Positions 1 through 13,900 are shown, numbered from the whole stretch's first letter. The stretch is 63,107 nt of DNA, filler included, from Lenisia limosa (GCA_001655205.1; 11 parts of 11 records of this genome joined end to end with filler, not necessarily neighbours in it); one strand, 5' to 3'. Translations and numbers: made by a program. The notes: a model not told the origin generated them from the sequence alone.

Positions 1-239
1 TATACCAATCACAGCAAAGGGACCCGGGACATTGTTCCTAAAGACAGATTATACCAATCAGAGCAAAGTAGAATGATAAACCAGGTCGAAGCCATCAACA
101 CTATTACATCAAAAAACAAAAAAAGGTAGCGCGGTAGGCAATATCGATATGGAATCTCATAAATATTTCATCTGAGTTACAATTTCATCAGAAAATAGTC
201 ACAAAATTTCGATACTTATCGAAACCAACACATCACACA

Positions 240-3200
240 AACCTTGATTTCACGAATAGCCTCGAGGGCATCCTTTGCATGATCTATGTGATCAGACACA
301 CCAGTAGCCAAGGGCATTACTCCGGGATCAAAGAGTAGAGCCTGGGGAAGTGAGGGGGGAGGGTAAATAAAATATGTGCAATAATACTACCAGTCTCACC
401 CCCCGTAAAAAACTGTTCAATTGAAGAAAACTAGCATTGCCTCTTCTTCAGAGAAAGCCAATTGGATGAATTTGGATACTGTCTTGGGGCAAATTCCTGA
501 TTTCTCGATGTTCAATGCATCTCTTTTCTCTTTTCCCTTTTCAAATGATTGTATCTTTCAATAACAATCAATTCAGAGAGAGATCACCCAAAAAAGGAAA
601 ACGAGAGAACACTTCTTTTTTTTTTTTGTTTTTTTGTTTTATTATTAAAAAAACCAAACTTGTGCAAGACTCGAACCCAGAAAGTTCGATGCACATCTCA
701 CTTTAACATTCATTTTTTGTGCATGTTTTCAAAATATTCATTTACCTTGGGTTCGTAACCTCGTTGAGTCAGCAGTTTGTAGACTCTTTTGGCAATTTCA
801 ACCTAAAAAATTACTGTCTCTCTGCATCTTCTTCAAAAATAATTGTGAAAGTGATTTAAAGGTTATTTCAAAAGTGTTCAATAGATGCTAATAAGCCTGA
901 CCACAATCAAGCCCCACCTACCATTCTGTTTTTACTATACGCCTGCCCTTTCTCATCAGTGGTCATTACTATCAAAGCTGCACCATGTTTGTACGCCTGA
1001 ATTGGTTACTGATGATGAACAGGAAATATGTTGAAAAAAGTATGACCAGTGAGAGAGTACATGGGCAACCTACAATACCACTGAATTTCACGAGTGATCT
1101 TCGGTAAATATCGAAGTGTTAAAACTTATTTTGGAGAAGGGGGAGGGAAGAAAAGACGCCCAAACGCACCACATCTGCAACTGAGAAGAGTCCGTCCTCC
1201 CCATTTGCGAGAGAAGCTGAGTTGACAATGCATCTTCCTTGAACTTGAGATAAGCCAGCCTTGGTGGTTGAGTTGTTGGATGGCCAAAACCCACGTTTTT
1301 CCATGTAAGCCCAAATATAATTGTTAAATACCTTAGAATGATTTTATGGAGATTGTATGCACAAGAATATAAATGCAAATAATCCGATACTACTGCACAA
1401 GATAAGATATGTATACATAGTTAATACTTTACAACTGGAAGTAGTCCCGAAGATGTTGAAAAACCATTTGCTCACCTTTATCACTTGAAGCGATGATGAG
1501 TCGATAACGAAGGGAACCGAAGAGACAAGGGCATCACTACAGCATAAGAATCCCAGATATTAATGGTAATTGCAATGTGTTAATATACGATATTATATAC
1601 TATGGCAATATAAAAAGATTAAATTGGGAGTAAAGCAGAACGTTGTGTACAAGGGTAATAAGTGGGTGAACTGCCACTATACTATATTATGTATTGTATA
1701 TCATATCTATCGATATAGTGTAATTATTAGACGGCTTTGAACAAATAATAATTAGTTCTGATCTCCAACTATTACCACGCCGCACCTGGATAAGAGTCGG
1801 ATGAGCGTTCTCATATCCGCTGCAGAGTCGTTGAGAGGCGCGTCAGTGTTGAGATCCAACAACGACGCCCCTGCTTGTACCTGTTTCCTGGCAACTTCAA
1901 TAACCTCGTCATGTACGCCTGACGCCAACAAGGACGCAAAACTGATCGATGTGAAATGATGCCACAGAATACCATTTGCCCTACATTAACTCCCTCCCCT
2001 TAAGATCACTACCCCCCAACACTTTAGATCCGGCCATGCTGCAACGCTCCCCTATGATGTGCAGCTTTGCCGGCTCAACCGAGAGCAAGTCGGTGCCACT
2101 AAGCTGGGAGGTAAAGAGAGAAAAAAACGATTTACTCTCTTTGTCTTGGAACTGGGGCACAAATTAAACAACACCTGAGAGCCACCCTCAAACCTCCAGT
2201 TCTGATGGTGGCTCGAAGGAGGGTATTCGTGGTGCAATGTCACGAATAGCTCTACAGACTTCCTGAAAGTTCAGGATAATGGTAACTTACGCTCCAATCA
2301 TCCATGCTTTCTTGCCCATAACAACACCATCAATATGAACACAAAAGAATATGATTGATGATGTCTATAACACTCCCACCGAACCACCTTGATATTCCAG
2401 ACACATACCTTGATATGATCGGGGGTAGTTCCACAGCATCCTCCGACGATATTCAGTAAACCTTCTCGGGCCATTCGCTCAATATGCTCTGTTGAATTAG
2501 TAGAGGGGTGGTGATGAACTGAAAGCTGTGTGTTCGGATCTGTCTTCAAATGGTGTATTCCGAGAAGCCCGACCTGCAAGTTGTTTCGGGCTCTGATCGT
2601 ACTCGGCAAGGGCATTCGGCATGCCTGCATTGGGGTAACAGGAGGTCTGCAGCGCAGTACTCGAAGAAACCTGGCGGTCAATATGGGTGTTCTATACCAT
2701 CATGATTATCTCATCAGAGCCTCAAGCAAGCTGCATCATTATGCTGTGAAAGGTTTTAATAAGCAGTACAAGAAACCCTACAGTTGCAACCCTACAGTTT
2801 GCATAAAGGGGTGCATGAACTCAGGGCCAAGCGAGCAATTGAGTCCGATTCCACAAATGTCCTTGGTGCCAATTGAATTGATAAACGCGGGAATAGACTG
2901 GTAAATGAGAAAAGAGCGATTTGGAGGGGAAAAAACGACAAGCAAAATGAGAGTTGGGAAACTCATACGGATACCCAAAAGCCACAGTATCAATCATTAA
3001 GCTCATGCAGATACTCAAAAGCCACAGCAGTTCATGGTATCAAGAAGTAATGGAATGATAAAAACAGAGACAATGCTTACGTGAAGCAAAAAGTCCCACC
3101 TGTCCAGCCAGAGTGCGACCAGATTTATCCACCGTCACTGAGACGAATATCGGCTTTCTGTCCTCCATACTAAACAATCAAAACTTATCAAAACGAGTGA

Positions 3201-3984
3201 TAAGCATTGATTTAAGCGGCTTTGGCGTTCAGTGTATCAGAAATCGTTTCAATACAACATACAACTGAAAAAACCGGCTACTTCATCCCACCAGGCATCG
3301 CTGACTGCTCTGATAGCGGCTTTGGCGTTCAGTGTATCAAAAATCGTTTCAATAAAGAACATATCAACTCCCCCTAAATATTTAATAAACACAAAGAACG
3401 TAAAAGATGCAAAGCACAACTTACTATTACTAATACGAGAATATGATACACATTATTATATATACGTAAAATAGAAATGTATAATATACATTATACATGT
3501 ATATGAAATGATATACAATATATTATGTAGAAACGGACTTCACAGAAAATAAATTAACGGTCTCCCCCTCTAAAATAATTAACCCACATACCTTTAAGTA
3601 ACCCGGACGCCTGTTCATAATAGGCATTGTAGAGATCGTCAATCTCTGAGAGGTTAGATTCTTTGTGTCTTTGTATCCATAAGGTGTGCATCATCTCGAT
3701 ACAACATGTGTTTACCGGTTCCTCAACATATTGGGGCATCAGAAGTAGGTACAATAAACAAGTTTGCCAGCAAAACAATACCAACCGATAGACCTGTAGC
3801 TGGGCCGTTGGATATCTGGAGAGATGCTTGCCGTTTGATTTGTTGGTCCAATAGACCCCGCAACAAAACGTGGAATGCCAGTTTTCCTAAATATATATGA
3901 TTTGTCTTACTTATAGCAGGAAAAAAGATATATATGTATTGTTGTTGGGCACTAAAAACAAAAGTATTTTTGTCACTATACAGC

Positions 3985-4017
<33 letters not shown>

Positions 4018-5028
4018 CAACATGAGAGAAATTCATACGATGCTTCACACCAACCTCTCGGCTTTATCAGCTTCCTCACGGGCAATTTGGGCGTTCCTTT
4101 CGTTGAGAGAATAACACTAAGAAAGAGTCACATAAATATACACTGACATTATGAAAGCAATGGACTGACGCGAAGATGGACATCCTTTTGAAGGCAAACC
4201 ACTGACAATATTTTGCAGGTCGAAGTCTTTTTGGGAGAGACAATTGGAATTAAATGTGTTTGTTTCAATGATATCCGCTCCAGCTTCAAGATAGGCCTTG
4301 TTGGTTAAACAGTATCATCTCAATATAACTACATAACTACCCATCACAGTCAATAATCGTCATTTATTACACAAATAATATTTGATATTCACTATCAGCT
4401 CTGTTAATCCTTTAACAAATCAACCTACACGATGTACAGCTGCCACGTTGTCTGGTTTTGTTATGCCCAAAACATCGAAGTTGCCTGTCGAGCTTGGTAG
4501 GTCCGCCCGAACTGGAGGGTGAAAAAAAATGGTAACAAAAGCAGGTATTATTTCGAGAAAATTGTCACAGGTATTACGCTCGGTTATGTTTCATTTTTTC
4601 CTTCGCCCCAGCCAGGTTTTGGAACTATAACCTGCTGAAAACATGAAGCACAACATTAGCTCCCAGTAGAATCTTCGAATCAAATAATTATTGAGGAGTA
4701 AACAAAAGAATTAATACAAACCAAATAATCTAAACCCCAAGCAAATCATTCTCACTCTTAAAATCGCTATCACGAAGGTCCTGAGCTTGCAGCATGGTCC
4801 CCATCGCTCCATCACAGACCTGGGGGGTGCGGGGGGAAGGATCAAAAGGAGCCAATTTGTTTACCCAGTCAACAGAGACCACTTGCTCAGAAGAATCAAA
4901 ATTAAAAATGAGATCAATCAAACTTATGCTTTATTAAGACACGGTATGAACCCTCATACCAATATTTTGGACGTGAGTGCTGCTGCAAGCTTGGGGAACA
5001 TTGAAAGAGAGGGGGCATTTACCTGCAT
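240..5028 (-). CDS. metH: Cobalamin-dependent methionine synthase, 5' part (homocysteine-binding and pterin-binding domains), about 18 exons; continues beyond window start
   Basis: Minus-strand exons read [135 protein letters not shown] and [11 protein letters not shown], in MetH order with GT-AG borders. The start ATG at 5028 is inferred. Confidence 0.95.
488..706 (-). repeat. Dispersed intronic repeat, family F (second copy at 17601-17849, opposite strand)
   Basis: About 220-250 bp are shared, e.g. ggcaaattcctgatttctcgatgttcaatgcatctc and gtgcaagactcgaac...ttcgatgcacatctc match the reverse complement at 17601-17849. Confidence 0.85.
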
Positions 5029-5468
5029 TGGGAACGGTGTACAAGCTCTCACTTGTTCGTCTAGTTCACTTCATGTCTATCACACCATAATGAGCTGCTT
5101 TTCCGCCCAAAGGAAGTGGAGATTCCTTATATGGGCGCACTTTTGCTATACGTCGTTATGCTGCTAGCATGTTTGTGAATTAATTAAGGCTGAATTATGG
5201 TTTCCTAATGAGAAAAAGAGAGAACTCTCAGGAAATGATAATAGACAGAAAAGGGATCATCAGGATCATATCAAAATGTGCGAAGAAAGAACTTTTAGGC
5301 AATTTCAGCAATTTGTATCACATTTTATATATTTTTATAAACTAGTTCAAACGCAAATATAGCCGGGGGAGTCTGAAAGATTGCTCTATTCTCTGACTTC
5401 CGAGCTTAATGACCCTTCTGCGCCTTCCCTGCTAAGCTAAAACATTAAAATCTTCAGAAAGTGACATT

Positions 5469-7240
5469 ATGGGTAGCCAGCTATTGTTTTTTCTTCTCCT
5501 TTTGACTGCAGCATTGCTGAGTGGTGAGTGGGATCTTGGTTCTGTTCTTTACACACCATCTTGAAGTTTTGAATTCCGTTTTCACTTCAGTTAGTTATGT
5601 CTGGATAAGTGTTTCTTAACCAATGTAATCTTTGCTGTTACCTTGTCCAGGGATTCCTATCCTATTGATTGCTGTAGGTAAGGAGCTGATTGTCCCCGAG
5701 GCTGAGCTCATCCCGAGTAAGTGAATCGCAATATGGCCTTTCTCACAAACAGTTGACCAAAAGCCTGAGCTTCCTCCCATCACGATCAACCATGTGACTC
5801 CCGAAGTCAGAGTAATAGGTAAGATGATGTTCTGTTGAGGATTTGTTGATTACTATGACAGTCATCAGATCTTGTGAATGTGAATGTGTTTTACATTGAA
5901 AGCCTATTCAAGACCCCCTACTAGCTATCAAACTCAAGACTTACCACTAATTCTTTAGAACTTGAGACACCCTCTGACCGCCGGCGCTCTGAAGGCAGTC
6001 TCAATGAACTTGCCTTCGGTCCAAATATTGAGCGCGGCTATGACGAGCTTGCCACTCCTTTAGACACCATCTACAGTGGTGGGTGGAGTGGGGGTTGATT
6101 TATGTCTCTAGCGAAGGTGGGATTTTCTTTTTATATTTCCACAGAAAAATCCTAAGTTTAATATATGTCATACTCTGTCGCTGAGATTGAAAAATATGCA
6201 TATAATATATCGCAATAATTGAAGCCAAACTTTTATTATTTGGTGTAATTTTTCTTACAATACAGCTGATAATCTGCACGCTCCAATTGTCCAGTTCTGT
6301 ATGAACGAATATGAGGATACTGTTCTCATGGGAGTGCGAATTGGTTAGCTGATGTTGGGCTTCATTCTGTGAATGATTATGATGACGCAAATACATTGTT
6401 GTTATGATGATTCTGGACTGTTTATTCTTTGAATTTTTGACTAACTATGAGTAACAATCACAGATGCGCCCGTCAATAACACGTTCTTCAAGATAAAAAA
6501 CGGCCGAATGGGTTCCTTGGACCACCTCGAACCGCTCTTTGACAGTGAAAATGTCTTCGTCAAGTAGGTCTTCTCATAAGCCATCTCTCTGTAATAATTT
6601 TCCTGTGTTTCAAGGGTCATATTTCTTATTAGTATATGATATATATAATATGTGATTCTGGATCTTAGCCTGATAATGCTATTTTCCATTGAGCATTTTC
6701 CCACATCCTCGTGTATACTGACAACCCAGGGACATGACTTGCGACTTCTCTGGCAACATCTTTGTTCATTTCGGTATGTAGGAGTATTCTTGCAACAAGT
6801 CGATTATTCGATTTATATCATAATCCTGTCAACATGCCCTGCTCTTGTGTTTTTTTTTTGGTTTTTTCTTTAGTCTTTTGGAAGTAACCAACCAATCTCG
6901 ACTCTAGTTTCCATTTCGAGCCGCTTATTTTTTAGTCAAAGACAACACAACAATGGGCATGTCACCGGTGCTGTCGAAGCAAGTCGGTGCGTTCGACTTC
7001 TCATCGTCCGTCGAGTTTCCCTATCACGAGGACGTCATTCTTGGCGGTCCGTTCTACCAGCGTGTTGGTATGCCAATTGATTCCAAGATTCCCACAGAAA
7101 CTTCCTTTTCCTCTTTTCCCAGATGGAATCCCCTGGAACGCTTGAGTCTTTTCTCACAATGTGTAGCCGGAAACGTTACGTACCTTCGGTTCTATTCAGG
7201 GAGATTCTTCGGACACACACACGACCTACGTAAGCGGAGA
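5469..7240 (+). CDS. Multi-exon putative secreted or surface protein of unknown function, truncated by contig end
   Basis: ATG at 5469 gives a signal-peptide-like MGSQLLFFLLLLTAALLS followed by a GTGAGT donor. Later exon-like blocks with GT donors include DAPVNNTFFKIKNGRMGSLDHLEPLFDSENVFVK and GAFDFSSSVEFPYHEDVILGGPFYQ. The exon chain was not fully resolved. Confidence 0.45.
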
Positions 7241-7567
7241 GGAGAGGGGTGGGGCGGAGAGGGGAGGGAGACCTGACNNNNNNNNNNNNNNNNNNNNNNN
7301 NNNNNNNNNNNNNNNNNNNNNTTAATTAATTAANNNNNNNNNNNNNNNNNNNNNNNNNNNNNNNNNNNNNNNNNNNNTTCTATCAAGGAAAATGTTCATT
7401 TTCACAGATAGAGGAAAATTCACAGATATATGGACGGTGTGATATATGATTTCTAGAACATTTATTTGTATTGCAAAATTCAAATTTACAAAGAATAATA
7501 AAAATAATCAAAGAAAATTCATAACTCAGGTACATTCATATATAAAAAGCAAAAGAAGAAAAAAAGT

Positions 7568-7641
7568 AGGTCAAACCGGGGTTCGAACCCGAGACCTTCA
7601 GCATGTTAGGCTGACGTGATAACCAACTACACCATTCGACC
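7568..7641 (-). tRNA. tRNA-Val (anticodon AAC)
   Basis: Reverse complement is GGTCGAA-TGGTGTAGTTGGTTATCAC-G-TCAGC-CTAACAT-GCTGA-AGGTC-TCGGG-TTCGAAC-CCCGG-TTTGACC-T. The cloverleaf is complete, the loop is CT-AAC-AT, and an oligo-T Pol III terminator follows directly. Confidence 0.95.
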
Positions 7642-7934
7642 TTTACATTCCCTAAGTTTTTAAATAACTTGACGATGATGTTCTAAAAATTTCCGTATTT
7701 TTCCCGGGCACAAAATTCTGTGTTTTATCAGGGGAAAATCTAGTATGGGGGGTGTATAGACCTTTCCTTTGCTCGGGGTTTCGTCGTTTTTTCAACTCTC
7801 TATCTTCTTATTCAAACTGAATTCAAACATTAATTGTCCTAGTCTAAGTTGTATCAGAATATTTAGCTTGCGTACTTTTTCAGCTCTAGTTGCTAGCCTT
7901 CCATCGCGCCTCCCATTGGCTCTAGAGCATCTTT

Positions 7935-10900
7935 ACGATGTTTAGCTGGGGCCAAGAAGCGAGCCAGGTTTGTTGGAAGCTTTCCTCTTTTGACACGTTT
8001 TCGCAGGTCAACCTGTTATGATTCTGGAATGTTTTTATAAACTGATTTTTTTTCTCTTTTTTTCTATGTAAATGTCAGCGCAAGCTGATTGATATCTTCA
8101 CAGCAACAATACTTCTTATGAACCTTTAACAAATATTCCTCTGATTGTTCAAGGCTAGCCACACGTCTCAACCACACAATGAACAGCAGAGTTAGGGGCT
8201 TCTTTGAATTGGCCATAATGTGAAAATTTCTTGGGATGAGGATTTATGGTCATGTTGCGCTAATCTCATTGCCATTTTTAGTTGCATCGGTGAAATTCAG
8301 CCACTTATTTCATCATAAATATGTCCGTGTTTCTCTTTTTATTAATATTTTAATGCTATTAATGTGTGCGTAGTATGGTTGCTTTTATAAAGGAGGGAAA
8401 AGGGCTTTGCTCATTAGGGTTTAGGGAGGGGGGAGAGAGATCGTACCTAATTACACAGACACCAATGCAGGGTCTTGGTGGGGCGGAATCATTGCATCAG
8501 CAGTCACAGCGGCTCATCAGGTATGTTACTTTCAATATGTAAACGTTACTATAAGATGGCAAATGATCGGTGATTTGCTATAATAATCTCATTTATTCAG
8601 GGTTGATTTTGAGTTTTTTTTGTTTCACTAAATTTTTCACTCCCATCCCCAGGTAGCGGATGTAGTTGCCCCCACAGAGGTAACACCCGTATTGCAAGGA
8701 ACCCCTGATTCCCCTGGTGTTGACATGCCGTCTTTTGAAGAAGTATGCAGCCAGGTTGATCGCAGTCCCGTCACGCCTGCTGCAAGATTCAAGTGAGGGG
8801 GGTATCAAAGCTTGAACCAAGTAAGACAAAACTGTTCGGCAATTTTCGATAAAATCTGTATTAATATGGATAGTTTTTTTTATCTTTTGAAATTGAAGTT
8901 TAGATTCACACAATTATTTTTGAACTACAAATATTTTTTGAAAGGAAAACGAATCTTTCATATCTATTGTTTTTCGAGGATCTTGAACTCTCGAATCTTA
9001 TTTAAACCAGTCAGATTATCATTTATATACTATGATGTATGACGCCTTCAGAGCCCAAGAAAGTCAGCCTGCTTCCATTCCTCGAATGTCACAAAACCGT
9101 CCATCCAGGCTTGGTTCCACATCATCAACCACAGTCGACCTTGACACCATGGGTGGGTGGGTTGTTGTTATGACTGAAATATCTTATTTTACATTACAAG
9201 GGGATGGAACAGTTATATTCTAAATTGTCATCATTTTTTTTAGAGTGGAGCCCCTTCACGCGACAGCGTTTTGGTACAATATTATTAGATATTGATCATT
9301 TCAGCACTTTCAATTGGGTTCCCAAAAAGACTGATTTATCATCAGACAATTGTTAAAGAAGTCTTTTTTGGAACTCAAGTGATGGTCACCGTTTTAATAG
9401 AGTTTCTTATTAATAGTATACTTTTCTCCATAACGTACTCTCCAGATTCTTTTGAATCCCCGGCCCCAGTCACGCAAAGTCGTTCGACAAGAAGTCAAAG
9501 TATCGAATCAAATAAAGATGGTGAGGCGCCGGCTTCAACTTTATAGCACCTTAATCAAGTAGTTTATGCTATTTTCTTATGACACAATTATCTTGCTTCT
9601 GATTGCCCCTGACCACATTATACAAAACATAGAATACCCTATTTCTCTTCACACTATGTAGACGATCACAATATTGCTTCTGTTGTTGGAGCGCACCGCG
9701 ATAGGCGAATGGATACTGCTGGTGAGCAAACGTCTTCTGATAATCTAATATTAATGACAAAAAACTCACGGGTGATGGAGACAGATAGATACATTTGTTG
9801 TTGTTTACACTGTCCATGAAGTCACCCCTTTTGACATTATTCTAGGTGAGGCAGCGGCAGATGCTATTATCGGAATGGCATCTTTTCTTGGAACAACTTA
9901 CACAAAAATCAAAGAAAGGTTGGGTGAACTGTGTACATCACACCATTTCATACTTCCCAGGTATCGTGACATTATCCTATCAATTAGTTTTTTTACTTCA
10001 CTTTTTCATCTAATTATCATCCCTTCCAGTAAAACCCTATTTTTTGGCAACTCAAAAGAGCAAATCACACAAAGAGAAAGAGCTTATATTAAGTACACAA
10101 CCAACGGATCACCACCTCCCCCATTCTCCTTCACCCTTTAGCTCTACCACGGCCGATATTGGTGCCAAGTCCCTGGATGTTATAGACGTTGTCGCCTCGT
10201 CTGTTGGCAATGCAGCCAGTGCGGTAACTTCAGGCGTGGAAGTGGTGGGTTGACACGAGTAGGGGACCAAAACGGTTTTTCATGCATCAACTAGTGTTCT
10301 GATTTGCATTTGACAATTCAAAATAGTGTTTTGCACTGTTGTTTTCACCATTTAGCTTGTTGCCAAACCGCTTTCTAAGACTGAGGCGTTAGAACCACCG
10401 ACACGGTTTGTAGTTGTCCTATTATTAATAAGAGGGCTCTATAATGCTGAGTTCAACTTAGCATTTTCGTTTAAAATAAAAATGAATCTTTAACAAATCT
10501 TCGGTAAATTACAATCGTTTTACCGTCTTTTGGGACCGAAAGGGAAGTTCAATTCTTTGACTGATATTTCAGAAAAGCCAGTCGCCCTACTCGAGGCGGA
10601 AGGGCCACTCGCGGACTAGGAGCATCCAGAATGAAGACATCACGGATCACCAAGGAGGGCAGGGCAACTCTGGGTGTTCAACGGATCGAAAAGAAGGCTC
10701 CTCAGAAAGACTCAGAGAGCCCCAAGGATGAACCCAAGAAAGAACAGATGGTTGCTGATTTAACAGGGTCCAAGTCAGATACCGAAACAAAGGCAGTTTC
10801 TCCGGAGCCTTCCCCGTCATTGGAAGAAACACACAGCTCTAGCTCTGCTGAAGCGAAGTGGGGTACTTGGGACGGAGATGATCTTGACGAAGCCGATATG

Positions 10901-13900
10901 GACGAAATCGAACCAAGGCCTGCGGTTACTGATCCTCTCTCCGATCTTGAAAATGAACTCGAACAAAAAACTATTCAGTCCACAGCGTCTTCGCCACGAA
11001 GTGGGTCTTCTCTTGGACTCCCTGCAAGCCCTCGCGGACTACACGCATCCATGCCATCTCCCCTGCACCATGCCCTGAGCAACGGTGAACAAGAAAACGG
11101 CCTCAACGACTCGGACAATGTCGGTAATGAGGCTGATATGGAGGCTAATTCAGTCAGAAGAATCCGCGTTGCCAGTCGTGCGGTCCAGGCAGCTGGCAGA
11201 TTCCAGGCAACCCACTTGTCTCCTCCTGCGTCCCCAAGGAAACCACGAGGCAAATCCCCGGTCTCTGATAGTGAAGCACCTCCTGTCACACAACCCTGGT
11301 TAGTGGTTACTAGTGACGACGGAAACGACAGCCTCCTCCACGATAAGTCCGAGGCTAGTGACGTGGCGATGGAGACGCGCAAGCCGTGGCTGGTTGTCAC
11401 CGACGGAGAAGGCTCGGATTCCCTGGTGGGCGATGAAATTCCTCCGAAAGTGGCTCGAATGGACTCGAAGCCCTGGATCGTACTAACCAATGATGGAGGC
11501 TCGGATGCCCTGGTAACGGACCCGGAGAAGGAGCCCGAGACCAAGGAGCAGAACCCGGAGTCGCCTCACCCCTGGCTGGTGCTGACTGATGAAGCCGGAA
11601 GCGATGCGTTGGTTGCCGATGAGCCAGCCGATGGAACGGTTGAAGCTTCCGAAACCAAACCTTGGATTGTTTTGACAGATAATGACGGAAGTGACGCTCT
11701 TGTCACCACTGACCGAGATGTCGTAGAAGACCACCCCGAAAACGACAAGGAAAAGGCCCACCCGTGGCTTGTTTTGACGGATGATAATGGTTCGGATTCC
11801 CTGGTCACCGATGATGAAGCTGCCGGAACTCACGTGAGTGAAATGCCAGCAATCGCGGTTATTCCCGACTCACCCCCACATGAAGCAGAAAACGCCGGCT
11901 GGGATCATGATGAGCTGGTCTTTGGTGATGAGGATCCTGATATGTGCTCTCCCAGTCCACCCGCTTCTGTTGACGTGGTGAATGAAACTAGTGCTGATGA
12001 TGGGTCAAAGGATGAAGATAAGAAGATCGAAGCGAAAGCAAAGGTTATCAATGTAACAGAAAAGCGGGAAAAGGCAAGGCAGGCTCGACAAAACCGCCAG
12101 GAGCAGAATAAGAAGAAGAGGGAACGCAGCCGGAAGGGACTTGGTGCAGCCAAAGTTGAGGAGGATGAGACCAAAGATGAAAGACCAAGGGAGGAAGCTG
12201 CAAAAGAGACAGAAGATGAGGAAAGAATGAAGAAAAAGGAGGAGAAAAGAGTATTCGAAGAGGAAAGACTGAAGAAAGAGGAAGAAACAAGAAGAATGAA
12301 AGAAGAGGCGGAAGAGGTAGAAAGAAAAAAGAAAGAGGAGGAGAGACAAGAAGTAGAAAAGAGAATGGTTGAGAAAGAAAGAATGAGGGTCGAAGAAGAA
12401 GAGAGATTAAGAAAGGAGGAAGAGGAAAGGAAGAAGAGAGAAGAAGAAAGACAAAGAACGGAGGAAGAGGAAAGAAAAAAAAGAGCAGAAGAAGAAAGAC
12501 AAAGAAAGGAGGAAGAGGAAAGGAAAAAGAGAGCAGAAGAAGAAAGACAAAGAAAGGAAAAAGAGGAAAGGAAAAAGAGAGCAGAAGAAGAAAGACAAAG
12601 AAAGGAGGAGGAGGAAAGAAAAAGACAAGAAATCAAGGATGAACAGGATCGACTGGCTAATCTGCTCAACTCCCAACCCCCAGCCGTCATGATGCTCCTT
12701 GAAGATCTCACTGAATCCACTCAAACAGCGCAGTACCTCAACAAACTCTTCACTTCGGACATGCAAGCGCTTCTAGCTCAGGGCCGAGCTAACGAGGCTC
12801 CCATCCCCGAAGTCGACCTCTCCTTCTCAGCCGAGATAGAGGGAATTGAATCAACGGCTTCGAATATGGCCGCGAACAGCATGGCCGTCCTTCGTGGGTC
12901 CGGACACAAACGTGTCACGTGCGCGGCTGAAGCTGTTGCAGCCGTGGATGTGGCGTTGTTAGAGTGGGAATCTGACCCGCTTGCTGAGGCGTATAGCCCC
13001 TTCGATCAGACCTTCGATACTGCCGGTTTGCCTGGCGTTTTTCTTTGAATACAATCACCTTGAAAACTTTTTTTTTTCATATTGATCATTCTGATTGTTC
13101 GAACTGTGAGTTGTGTATGAGACATGTGAAGCTTTTGCTCCAGTATTATGTGGTGCCTTTAGTTACCCCATTAGACGCCCTTGTCGCTGCCCTACCGGAA
13201 GAGGTCAAAAATGAGGCACTTCGTAAGGCTGTCCAGAGCGTTGAAACCGCATACTCCTCATTGAACAACCTTCCTAAAGGATCCTTCAGTATGCTTACTG
13301 CCTCTGGTTTCCCTTAGTAGAACAAAGGACTAGCTTGATAGATCTTTGTTAAACCTGAACTCTGTAATTAAGAAGCTCTACTTGTTTAAACAGTTATCTG
13401 TACTTCATGAGTTTTACTTTCCAGTGCCCCCGAACGCGGTTTACAGCACATCAGTTAGGGCGTGTTATGAGGCAAGCTCCTGTAGCATTTCACTGGTAGG
13501 AATGTCCAACTATTTAGTACTTTAATGATTGACTTTTTTTTTTTTNNNNNNNNNNNNNNNNNNNNNNNNNNNNNNNNNNNNNNNNNNNNNNNNNNNNNNN
13601 NNNNNNTTGCTGAATGTTTGGATTGACTTAGTAGTTGGCGGAAGTAGGCAAATCCTTAGCTAACCTTGCACGCGGCCATTCGGAGCAAATAAAGGTGGGC
13701 ATCAGGTTCGGTGTTCTGATGTGGCGTACACCCACACAAATTACTAATAATTCCCGAAAGAAATAGCAAAAGCAAAACGCTGATTTCTTTTTTTTTTTCT
13801 GTGACTGTTTAGCTTGCTGTCGAAGCAGTTGAAGCGTCGGAACGGTCCTCTAAGAAGACCCGAAATGACCTGTCTAACGCGATTGAGCAACTGGATAAAG

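Noticed and set aside
10647-12766. Long antisense and alternative-frame ORFs (e.g. 10975-11544, 11905-12720)
   Set aside because: These are shadows of the repetitive, purine-rich plus-strand exon; their S/F/L-rich translations are the expected reverse complement of E/K/R codons.
10631-13048. Treating the 805-aa ORF as a complete intronless gene
   Set aside because: The frame is open upstream to an acceptor near 10572, and a donor-like GTTTGC near 13025 precedes the stop. It is more likely one large internal exon.
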